DNA of 32,000 nucleotides, taken from assembly GCA_047651235.1 (NCBI GenBank), contig CP178758.1, positions 570,001 through 602,000 on the forward strand, in the 5' to 3' direction. The stretch's first letter is position 1. Every line of letters begins with the position of its first letter. This document shows positions 16,513 through 24,163 of this stretch, one piece after another. Origin of the DNA: Candidatus Electrothrix yaqonensis. GTDB lineage: Bacteria > Desulfobacterota > Desulfobulbia > Desulfobulbales > Desulfobulbaceae. The notes beneath the pieces were generated by a model. It was given only the letters and a program-made list of their open reading frames with translations, had not been told where the DNA came from and searched no databases. The translations under genes and the position numbers were made by a program.

Positions 16513-17973
16513 ATGGAACCTTTTATGGAACCTTTTTTCCCCGCCGGCAGGCAGCAGAATCAGAAAAACCAGAACCGGCCGACCCATGAATGCGGTATCT
16601 GCGGAATTTACGGCCACGAAGATGCGGCGAAACTGACCTATTTTGGCCTCTATGCCCTGCAGCACCGGGGCCAGGAGAGTGCAGGCATTGTTTCCGGAGA
16701 CGGGCACCGGATGCATCTGCACAAGGATATGGGGCTGGTGCCGGAGGTTTTTACTGAAGCCAATCTGCAGCGCCTCTCCGGCCATCTGGCAGTGGGGCAT
16801 GTGCGTTATTCCACGACCGGGGAATCCTGCATCATCAATACCCAGCCCTTCATGGTAACTCATCAGGGCACACCGCTGGCTGTGGCTCATAACGGCAATC
16901 TGGTCAATTCGGTTGATCTGCGCAATCATCTGGAACAGAAAGGCTCGATTTTTCAGACCACGATGGACAGCGAGATCGTGATTCAGCTGATGGCCCGGAC
17001 CATGCATATGGGCTTAGTCAGAGCGATTAAAGAGACGTTTGCCTGTATCCGGGGAGCCTACTCCCTGCTGCTCATGACCCCGGATACCATGATCGCGGTC
17101 CGCGATCCCAACGGGTTCCGGCCCCTCTGTCTCGGCCGTCTGGAGGGAGGGGCATATGTGGTTGCCTCCGAGACCTGCGCTCTTGATCTGATCACCGCAG
17201 AATACGTGCGGGATATCGAGCCGGGTGAAGTGCTGATCATCAACAGCGACGGGATTGAATCTGTTTTTCCTTGGTCACCAACACGCAGAAGTTACTGTAT
17301 CTTTGAGCAGGTGTATTTTGCCCGACCGGACAGCGATATCTTCGGAACCAATGTCTATGCGGTCCGCAAACGGATGGGCGAAATTCTGGCGCGGGAGGCG
17401 AAAATTGAGGCGGATTTTGTCATGCCCTTTCCTGATTCCGGCAACTATGCGGCTATCGGCTATTCCCAGGCATCAGGCATTCCCCTGGAAATGGGCATGA
17501 TCCGCAACCATTATGTGGGCCGTACCTTTATCCAGCCCTCTCAGGCCATGCGGGATTTTTCCGTCCGGGTCAAACTCAACCCGGTGCGCTCGCTGCTCAA
17601 AGGAAAGCGGGTGGTCATTGTTGAGGATTCCATTATCCGGGGCACCACCGGCAGGAGCCGGGTCCGTTCGCTGCGGGACGCCGGAGCAGAGGAGGTGCAT
17701 ATGCTGGTTTCCTGCCCGCCCACCCGACATGCCTGCTATTACGGCATTGATTTTCCTTCCTCCACCGAGCTGATTGCCTCGAAGAAATCGCTTGAAGGAA
17801 TTCGGGATCATCTGGGGCTGGACTCGCTGACCTACCTGAGCCTGGACGGTCTGGTGGAGGCCACCGGGCTGACCAGAGAGGATTTCTGTCTGGCCTGCTT
17901 TAACGGAAACTACCCGATCGCACCGGATATCTCGTTTACCAAAGAAATACTGAGCGGCTGCGGTTGCGGTTGA
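16513..17973 (+). CDS. purF: Amidophosphoribosyltransferase
   Basis: A propeptide is followed by CGICGIYGHEDAA...YALQHRGQESAGI (Ntn glutaminase). The PRPP-binding VVIVEDSIIRGTT and the C-terminal Fe-S Cys motifs are present. Confidence 0.93.
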   Translation: MEPFMEPFFPAGRQQNQKNQNRPTHECGICGIYGHEDAAKLTYFGLYALQHRGQESAGIVSGDGHRMHLHKDMGLVPEVFTEANLQRLSGHLAVGHVRYSTTGESCIINTQPFMVTHQGTPLAVAHNGNLVNSVDLRNHLEQKGSIFQTTMDSEIVIQLMARTMHMGLVRAIKETFACIRGAYSLLLMTPDTMIAVRDPNGFRPLCLGRLEGGAYVVASETCALDLITAEYVRDIEPGEVLIINSDGIESVFPWSPTRRSYCIFEQVYFARPDSDIFGTNVYAVRKRMGEILAREAKIEADFVMPFPDSGNYAAIGYSQASGIPLEMGMIRNHYVGRTFIQPSQAMRDFSVRVKLNPVRSLLKGKRVVIVEDSIIRGTTGRSRVRSLRDAGAEEVHMLVSCPPTRHACYYGIDFPSSTELIASKKSLEGIRDHLGLDSLTYLSLDGLVEATGLTREDFCLACFNGNYPIAPDISFTKEILSGCGCG

Positions 17974-17985
17974 GTGCAGAGCGGA

Positions 17986-19329
17986 ATGAAGCATACCGGC
18001 AGACAGGGAAAATCGGGAAAAGACAGACCTGATGCCGCATCAGAACCGGAACACGCCTCCTGTGCGGCAGGCCATTTTTCCTCCTATTTCCGTCTGCTGC
18101 GCAACAACAGCAACTACCGCCGCTATTGGATTGCCAGCTGTATCAGCCAGATCGGTGACTGGTTCAATTATATCGCCATCTTTGTTCTGCTGAATGAACT
18201 TACCGGTTCGGGCCGGGCAGTGAGCTGGTTTCTGATAGCCAAGCATCTACCGCCAGCAGTGCTCGGCCCGGTAGCTGGCGTGGTGGCGGACCGGTTCAGC
18301 CGGAAGACCATTCTGGTTGCCTGTGATCTGCTCCGGGCAGCACTGGTCCTTGCCTATCTGCTGGTCCGGGATGCGGAGCATGTCTGGCTGATCTATCTGC
18401 TCTCCTTTACTCAGGAATCGATCTGGAGTTTTTCCAGTCCTGCCCGTCAGGCATCACTCCCCAACCTTTGCTCCAAAGAGGAACTGAGCATTGTCAACGG
18501 TTTGTCCGGCGCCACCTGGTCGGTCATGCTGGCCTTTGGTGCTGCTCTGGGAGGATTTTTCACCGCAGCCTTGGGGTGGCAGGCTGCCATTCTGGCTGAT
18601 TCCTTCAGCTTTATCCTGTCCGCCCTGATCATGCTTTCCGTTGTTCTTCCTCATCGGAGAAAAAGACCGCAGGCGGATTTTTCCCTGAGCCGGGTCACGG
18701 GCTGGTATGATCTGCAGGAAGGCCTATCCTATATCCGGGAACGGCCCAAGGTCATTGCCCTGCTCATGGTCAAGAGCGGCTGGGCCCTGTCCGGCGGCGT
18801 TCTGGTCATGCTTGCCGTGTTCGGGGAACAGGTTTTTTCCCAGGGCGGGGCGCACGGAAGCGGCGGATCGAGCGGAATTCTTTTTTCCATGCGCGGTCTC
18901 GGCGCTGCTCTCGGCCCGATTGTTGCCTGGCGGCTTTTCGGGGACGGCGTGGTGGCCATGCGCAGGGCTATTGGCGGGGCATTTTTTTTCTCCTGTGCCG
19001 CCTACCTGCTGTTCAGTCAGGCGCCGAATATGTTTCTCGCCGCCTTATGGGTGTTCTGGGGCCATTTCGGCGGATCCGTGCAGTGGGTGTTCAGCACAAC
19101 CCTGCTGCATCGCCGGGTGGAAGACCGGTTCCGGGGCCGCCTGTTTTCCACCGAGATGACCCTGCTCACCTTGGTGCTGAGCCTGTCCACTTGGTGTACC
19201 GGGGCGGCGATGGATATGGGGAGCAATCCCCGCACCATCGTCATGGTGCTGGCCCTGCTTTTTCTCCTGCCCGGTATCAGCTGGTTCGCCTATCTCCGGT
19301 GGCTTGACCGGACAGGTCAGAACTGCTGA
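17986..19329 (+). CDS. MFS transporter (EntS/MFS_3-like)
   Basis: ORF 17974-19329. ATG 17986 is preferred over the GTG that abuts the purF stop. LLRNNSNYRRYWIASCISQIGDWF and ~12 hydrophobic segments are present. Confidence 0.8.
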   Translation: MKHTGRQGKSGKDRPDAASEPEHASCAAGHFSSYFRLLRNNSNYRRYWIASCISQIGDWFNYIAIFVLLNELTGSGRAVSWFLIAKHLPPAVLGPVAGVVADRFSRKTILVACDLLRAALVLAYLLVRDAEHVWLIYLLSFTQESIWSFSSPARQASLPNLCSKEELSIVNGLSGATWSVMLAFGAALGGFFTAALGWQAAILADSFSFILSALIMLSVVLPHRRKRPQADFSLSRVTGWYDLQEGLSYIRERPKVIALLMVKSGWALSGGVLVMLAVFGEQVFSQGGAHGSGGSSGILFSMRGLGAALGPIVAWRLFGDGVVAMRRAIGGAFFFSCAAYLLFSQAPNMFLAALWVFWGHFGGSVQWVFSTTLLHRRVEDRFRGRLFSTEMTLLTLVLSLSTWCTGAAMDMGSNPRTIVMVLALLFLLPGISWFAYLRWLDRTGQNC

Positions 19330-19619
19330 GAGCTGCTCAGCACATTATCTGCTTTTTTTATTCGAATTGTGCAATGTGCAATATATCCTCAAGTCCTGAC
19401 GGAGCACACAATACGCCCATAGCCAACCCATAGCACAACAGCAGGGATCTGTCCCGCATCCGGTGCTCAACCGATAAAAGTTGTTTTTTTTTTCAGGAAG
19501 AATACGGTAGTATAGGAATGTTGTTATGAATCGGCAGATGCTGCCCCGATGGCTATAATCTGATCGGAGCAATTCTGCCGTAATTGTTTTAATATTTTTA
19601 CCAAGAGAGAGGAGAAAGA

Positions 19620-20342
19620 ATGAAACTTGCAGTATACGCAGTATTCAGCCTGATGCTGGTTGCCGGTCCGGTTGCAGCTGAGGACCAGGTGACAGAACTG
19701 AAAACCGAGCAGCAGAAAATCAGTTACGCCCTCGGCCTTGATCTCGGCACATATTTTAAGGGGCTGGATGAGGATTTTGATCTTCCCGTCGTGTATCAGG
19801 GTCTGAAGGATTCCTATACCGGCGGGGAAACACTGCTTACCCCGGAGGAAGCAAAGGAAGTGCAGAAGCAGTTTGCGGCCAAGCAGCAGAAAAAGGAGAT
19901 GGACAAGGCACAGGCAAAGGCAAAGCCCAATAAAGAGGCGGCTGAAAAGTTTCTGGCGGAGAATAAAACAAAAGAAGGGGTGAAAACCACTGACTCCGGT
20001 CTTCAGTACAAGGTGATCAAAGAAGGGGAGGGCGACAAACCGAAAGCCACGGACGTTGTCAAAGTGCACTATAAAGGAACCCTGCTGGACGGAACCGTGT
20101 TTGACAGCTCATACAAGCGGAAACAGCCAGCCACCTTCCGGGCTGACCAGGTTATTCCCGGCTGGAGGGAAGCTCTGCAGCTGATGCCTGCGGGAAGCAA
20201 GTATGAGCTGTACCTGCATCCTGATCTGGCCTATGGTGACCATGGTGCTCCGCCTGCCATCGCTCCCGGTTCTCTGCTTAAGTTTGAGGTGGAGCTGCTT
20301 GATATTGTGAAAGGCGGCAACAAGGAAGAAAAGGAAGAATAA
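19620..20342 (+). CDS. Periplasmic FKBP-type peptidyl-prolyl cis-trans isomerase (Mip/FkpA-like)
   Basis: Signal peptide MKLAVYAVFSLMLVAGPVAA. The N-terminal dimerisation helix region is followed by VHYKGTLLDGTVFDSS...VIPGWREAL...LVFEVELL-type FKBP motifs. Confidence 0.9.
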   Translation: MKLAVYAVFSLMLVAGPVAAEDQVTELKTEQQKISYALGLDLGTYFKGLDEDFDLPVVYQGLKDSYTGGETLLTPEEAKEVQKQFAAKQQKKEMDKAQAKAKPNKEAAEKFLAENKTKEGVKTTDSGLQYKVIKEGEGDKPKATDVVKVHYKGTLLDGTVFDSSYKRKQPATFRADQVIPGWREALQLMPAGSKYELYLHPDLAYGDHGAPPAIAPGSLLKFEVELLDIVKGGNKEEKEE

Positions 20343-20394
20343 TCGTTGAGCTTCGGAAGATGGGGGCATGCACCTCCATCTTCTTCCAGTGCAG

Positions 20395-20435
20395 ACAGGG
20401 CGGAGCCGGAAGACGGCGCTGCCCTGTTATTTATG
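20395..20435 (+). terminator. Candidate intrinsic terminator downstream of the FKBP gene
   Basis: ACAGGGC (20395-20401) pairs with GCCCTGT (20421-20427). A T-rich TATTTATGT tail follows. Confidence 0.4.
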
Positions 20436-20565
20436 TACACAGGATCTGGAATTCCCGCGATCTGTCCGCTGTGTTTTTCAATACTTGACTGATGTTACGC
20501 AGGTCTCCTTTACCCTATTGGAGCCGCAAACAGCGTCCCGGAGGGACTGCAGGTAATAGATTTAT

Positions 20566-20630
20566 CGCGGGGCTATAGCTAATTGCGGCATAAAGGCCCA
20601 GGGTTAAACCCCTGGGTGTCGCGTCCCGTG
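20566..20630 (+). other. Compact multi-stem element (closing stem plus internal hairpins) at the point where the amidohydrolase reading frame begins
   Basis: CGCGGGG (20566-20572) can pair with TCCCGTG (20624-20630, 2 G-U pairs). Inside are the palindrome GCTATAGC (20572-20579) and the hairpin CCCAGGG-TTAAAC-CCCTGGG (20597-20616). Confidence 0.3.
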
Positions 20631-20636
20631 TGATAA

Positions 20637-21437
20637 AGCATCAGGCGGCCAGCAACCGTGGCCGATGCGGTTATCCTGGCCATGGATGGGTATGTGGAAG
20701 ACGACGGCACCCTGAACAGGGCAGAGGCAGATCTATGTTCCCAATGAATACGTGGCCCGTGAGACGGAAAAATTCGCCAATCTGCATTTCGGTGCCAGTA
20801 TCAACCCCAACCGCACCGACGCTGTGGAGCGATTACGACAGGCCCGGCGAGACGGGGCCCTGCTGGTAAAATGGATTCCGTCCATTATGAATATTGATCC
20901 TGCCGATCCCCGTCATATTCCTTTTTACAGGGCAATGGCCGAACTCGGTATTCCTCTGCTTTCCCATACAGGCATGGAGAAATCCTTTGCCGGATCCCGA
21001 AATGAACCTGCCGACCCCCGACGTCTGGAACTGCCCCTGCAGCAGGGCATCACGGTCATTGCCGCCCATATAGCCACTACCGGAAAAACCGAGGGCGAAA
21101 ATAATTTTCAACGCATTCTGCCTATGCTGCGGCAGTATCCCGGTCTGTACGTTGATATCTCCAGTCTCAGGCAGATCACAACTTGGGCTATCTGGCGCAG
21201 GCTGCCGGTAAATATTACGTGGTGGACCGCATGATCTATGGCACTGACTGGCCTATCCAGTTTTTTTCTTTTATTTCAACATGTTATCATGTCAGACATA
21301 TCTCCCTATCCGATGCCTGGCAGGTGAGCGGCATTCAGAATCAATGGGATAGGGATGTGGCCCTGAAAGCTGCTTACGGCCTGCCGGCTGCGGTGTTTTG
21401 TCGCTCCGGGGTGCTGCTGCGGAAGAACACCGATTGA
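20637..21437 (+). pseudogene. Amidohydrolase (Amidohydro_2 / TIM-barrel metal hydrolase-like) pseudogene, 5'-truncated with two frameshifts
   Basis: The coding signal is split over three frame segments. They are 20637-20747 (..AVILAMDGYVEDDGTLNRAEAD), 20716-21234 (YVPNEYVARETEKF...LLVKWIPS...IPLLSHTG...YVDISSL) and ~21183-21437 (YLAQAAGK..DRMIYGTDWPI). A stop at 20634-20636 sits immediately upstream, and no N-terminal metal-binding region is present. Confidence 0.65.
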
Positions 21438-21643
21438 CAAAGGGGATGTCGGCAGTGCGGCAGTGCCGGATGTGTTCTGTGATCCTCGGATGTCGTAAAA
21501 TAATTAATGATTCATGAAGATTACCTGCCATTGTTTCAACCTTTCTGAGCAGCCGAGACTTGTAGTCAGCTTATGCCACTTGGGGCGGGATTAACTCATT
21601 TTCCATTTGAAGCAACAGCATTCGATGCAGACGGGAGACAGAG

Positions 21644-22321
21644 ATGAAATACAGTACCCATACTATTCGTTTCGGAATTATTCTGTTCATTCTCAGCTTT
21701 TTCTTTTTTGTCGGAAACTATATTTTTTTTTCAAAATACGAATGTCTCCTCGCAGAAAACGAGAAATATTCTGGTAGAACAGAAGAACTGATTGAAAAAT
21801 TCAATAATACAATAGAGGAGATAGAAAAGCATAAATTAAAGGACAATATCCTGACTCGATTTGGTATTTCTGTTATAGGACACTTCAGCAATTCTGTCCG
21901 CGATATTGTCCGGGAAGAGAATAACATGATTGATCAGCGGATGATGTGGATGCTTACCCTGAACGGCCTTCTTTTTACCACTCTGGGTTTTGCCTGGGGA
22001 GGAAACAGGGTCTTAAATTGGCTTCCGTGGATATTGAGCGGACTGGGGGCATTGTCAACTTTTTCTTTCGGTCTTATTCTGCAGTGCGGTCTCAACGCAT
22101 TAGAACATATGAATGAACTTTGGTTCGAATTACAAGACTACTCAGAATACCCATTACCACCGATGACAGGTCTTAGTCGGGAAAGTATAATCTGCAGCCA
22201 TCTTCTTCCGTGGAACTGCCTGCCTCAGCTGTTGTATTCTGTATGGCTCATAGTTGCATTTGCTATAGCGTTTGAACAATGGGAGAGAGCAGGAAATACC
22301 AGTAACTGTGCCTGCAGCTAG
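21644..22321 (+). CDS. Hypothetical 4-TM membrane protein (AT-rich, islet-borne)
   Basis: 225-aa ORF. TM1 is IRFGIILFILSFFFFVGNYIFF, followed by a ~70-aa charged helical segment and three more hydrophobic helices (MMWMLTLNGLLFTTLGFAWGG, LPWILSGLGALSTFSFGLIL, LLYSVWLIVAFAIAF). Confidence 0.6.
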   Translation: MKYSTHTIRFGIILFILSFFFFVGNYIFFSKYECLLAENEKYSGRTEELIEKFNNTIEEIEKHKLKDNILTRFGISVIGHFSNSVRDIVREENNMIDQRMMWMLTLNGLLFTTLGFAWGGNRVLNWLPWILSGLGALSTFSFGLILQCGLNALEHMNELWFELQDYSEYPLPPMTGLSRESIICSHLLPWNCLPQLLYSVWLIVAFAIAFEQWERAGNTSNCACS

Positions 22322-22446
22322 CGTGTTCTCGATAAGGCGTGCTGTTCTGACCGTCCGATATGATCTATGCAGGTGAAACGACCCTGCTTCCGGTCTTCTT
22401 CAGTCAATGCGACGAGACGGCTGCTTTTACGTAAGGAAGGGCTATT

Positions 22447-22735
22447 ATGAAAGACATGATGCGTTATAAGGGATATCTGGACTCTGTGCATTACAGCGAC
22501 GATGATCAAGTTTTTTATGGAAAATTAGAGCAAAACCTGATTCCCTACGAGGAAACGGATGTTGCCGGGTTACGACAGGCGTTTGAGGAGGCGATTGATG
22601 ATTACTTGGCCCTCTGCACGGAAGAGCAGAGCTGCAATGTATGCACTGGAATACGGTTCAAACCTGAACAAGGTTGTAACAGAGGCGCTGGAACAGTATC
22701 TTTTCACACATTCTCCATACAGCGGCTCTGATTGA
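22447..22735 (+). pseudogene. hicB: hicB antitoxin pseudogene (internal out-of-frame deletion)
   Basis: The N-terminus MMRYKGYLDSVHYSDDDQVFYGKL...LRQAFEEAIDDYLALCTEE is a classic HicB N-domain. The expected C-terminal RHH segment (RAAMYALEYGSNLNKVVTEALEQYL, stop at 22733-22735) is present only in a different frame, and the linker is missing. Confidence 0.65.
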
Positions 22736-22877
22736 TCGACTGGTCACTTGGACACGGACTTTTGCGCATGAGCAGCTGCGCTCCTGCTCCTTGCTTTCGG
22801 CAAAACTACCCCTGTACGAACGATATATAGTTTTCTCTCATGCAACAGGTGAAAGCACTCCGGTACTTCAGTCGGGA

Positions 22878-22912
22878 TATAGCGTTATGAAGGGAAAGCT
22901 TATAACGCTATA
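22878..22912. repeat. Perfect 11-bp inverted repeat (hairpin/operator-like)
   Basis: TATAGCGTTAT (22878-22888) and ATAACGCTATA (22902-22912) are separated by 13 nt. Confidence 0.85.
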
Positions 22913-22979
22913 AAGGGAGCGTTCATAGAGAGTACTTTGATACGTTCATAGTGTTATAAAGGAGGAGTTTATAGAGAGT
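22909..22979 (+). repeat. Imperfect 25-bp direct repeat pair plus additional CGTTCATAG copies
   Basis: TATAAAGGGAGCGTTCATAGAGAGT (22909-22933) and TATAAAGGAGGAGTTTATAGAGAGT (22955-22979) are 21/25 identical. CGTTCATAG occurs at 22920-22928 and again at 22943-22951. Confidence 0.75.
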
Positions 22980-23182
22980 GCGACGGGATGTCCATAGGGC
23001 TGAGCCAGCCGGACTGCTGGAGTATGCGCGTGCCGCTGAGGCATTAATCTGCTTGCTGTGTAGCGAGAAGAGAATTATTTTCCTTTTAACCAATCAATAT
23101 CAGACTTGCTCTTGCCAATTATAGGCGGGATAGAGCTACCTGTTATTTTTCACAGATAAAATACCACAATTAATTAACAGCT

Positions 23183-24148
23183 ATGGACTCATTAATAAGG
23201 AATGCCACTCTTTCGCTCAAACTGGGGATTGAGGATTACCAATTAGATAACCCGGAACGAGCACTTTCTGCCGTCCGGAACATAACCGCAGGTGTCCTAT
23301 TGCTTTTCAAAGAGAAGCTTCGGATTTTATCACCAACTGATTCGGATGAAGTGCTTCTGAAGGAAAAAATTAAGCCAGTTATTGCTGATAGCGATACTGT
23401 CAGCTTCAAAGGTAGCGGCAAGAAAACAGTGAACGTATACCAAATAGAGGAGCGATTTAACGCTCTGGGGGTCTCGGTTGACTGGACACGGGTAAAGAAG
23501 ATCGTTAAACTTCGCAACAATATTGAACATTACTATGCAGGAGAATCTGATGCCCGGATGCGCGAATTAATTACCGATACTCTTTTGGTAATTCGAGATT
23601 TTTTAACAACACAATTGGATATGGAGCCAGCAGAGGTTCTTGATGAAATAACTTGGGATGCAATGCTAGCGGTTCAAGAAGTTTATCAAAAGGAACTGTC
23701 AGAATGCCATGCAGAGACTGCCAAGATAGTGTGGCCGAAAGATGCAATGCAATCTATCTCTAAGTGTCTACGCTGCGCTACTTGCCATTCCGAGTTACTC
23801 AAACCGCAAGACCCAGACGAACAGGATATAGACGCGCTTGTTTTTAAATGCACCTCGTGTGGTACCATAAATCCATTTCAAGATATAGTGGAAGCAGGCA
23901 TAGATGAATATCTTGGAGGTCATGCGTATATTGCAGCTAAGGAAGGCGGAGAACCACCCTATCAAACATGTCCAGACTGTGGTTTAGAGACGTATCTCAT
24001 TGAAAGTGATTTCTGCGCCGCATGTTTGTATGAACGCGAATATAAGGAGTGTCTGAGATGTGGCAATGGGATATCGATTGATGAACAGGACTTCAACGGA
24101 TTTTGCTCATATTGCGATTATATCTTTGACAAAGAACGAAACCGGTAA
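23183..24148 (+). CDS. Hypothetical protein: candidate HEPN-like helical domain (RNNIEH) plus three C-terminal CxxC...CxxC zinc ribbons
   Basis: 321-aa AT-rich ORF. The Rx4H motif LRNNIEH is encoded at 23513-23530. The C-terminal half has three zinc-ribbon Cys pairs: CLRCATC..CTSC, CPDC..CAAC and CLRC..CSYC. Confidence 0.6.
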   Translation: MDSLIRNATLSLKLGIEDYQLDNPERALSAVRNITAGVLLLFKEKLRILSPTDSDEVLLKEKIKPVIADSDTVSFKGSGKKTVNVYQIEERFNALGVSVDWTRVKKIVKLRNNIEHYYAGESDARMRELITDTLLVIRDFLTTQLDMEPAEVLDEITWDAMLAVQEVYQKELSECHAETAKIVWPKDAMQSISKCLRCATCHSELLKPQDPDEQDIDALVFKCTSCGTINPFQDIVEAGIDEYLGGHAYIAAKEGGEPPYQTCPDCGLETYLIESDFCAACLYEREYKECLRCGNGISIDEQDFNGFCSYCDYIFDKERNR

Positions 24149-24163
24149 AGGCAATATACCCCT

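Larger units (their letters stand above)
21440..24163. other. AT-rich accessory islet between the decayed amidohydrolase and modB
   Basis: The composition drops visibly. For example, the 60-nt line starting at 21721 has 19 G+C, against about 37-42 in typical flanking lines. The content is an orphan membrane protein, a broken hicB, a repeat cluster and a HEPN-like/Zn-ribbon gene. I found no integrase. Confidence 0.6.

Noticed and set aside
19345-19572. 75-aa minus-strand ORF between the MFS and FKBP genes; also the TGTGCAATGTGCAAT tandem heptamer
   Set aside because: The ORF has no start context or motifs. The heptamer duplication is too short to interpret. The region is treated as promoter/intergenic for the FKBP gene.
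20566-20630. Possible tRNA or tRNA fragment (7-bp closing stem, internal hairpin)
   Set aside because: It is only ~65 nt. It has no anticodon arm, no D-arm pairing and no GTTCRANYC-type T-loop (the loop is TTAAAC). It was checked on both strands. It is kept only as an unexplained structured element.
22322-22446. Search for a hicA toxin gene or remnant upstream of hicB
   Set aside because: All three + frames give short stop-interrupted peptides without the HicA GSH...H pattern. At 125 nt the gap is too short for hicA.
22878-22979. CRISPR array interpretation of the repeat clusters at 22.9 kb and 29.8 kb
   Set aside because: The repeats are few, degenerate, overlapping or only ~21 nt in period. 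They lack unique spacers of regular length, and no cas genes are present.
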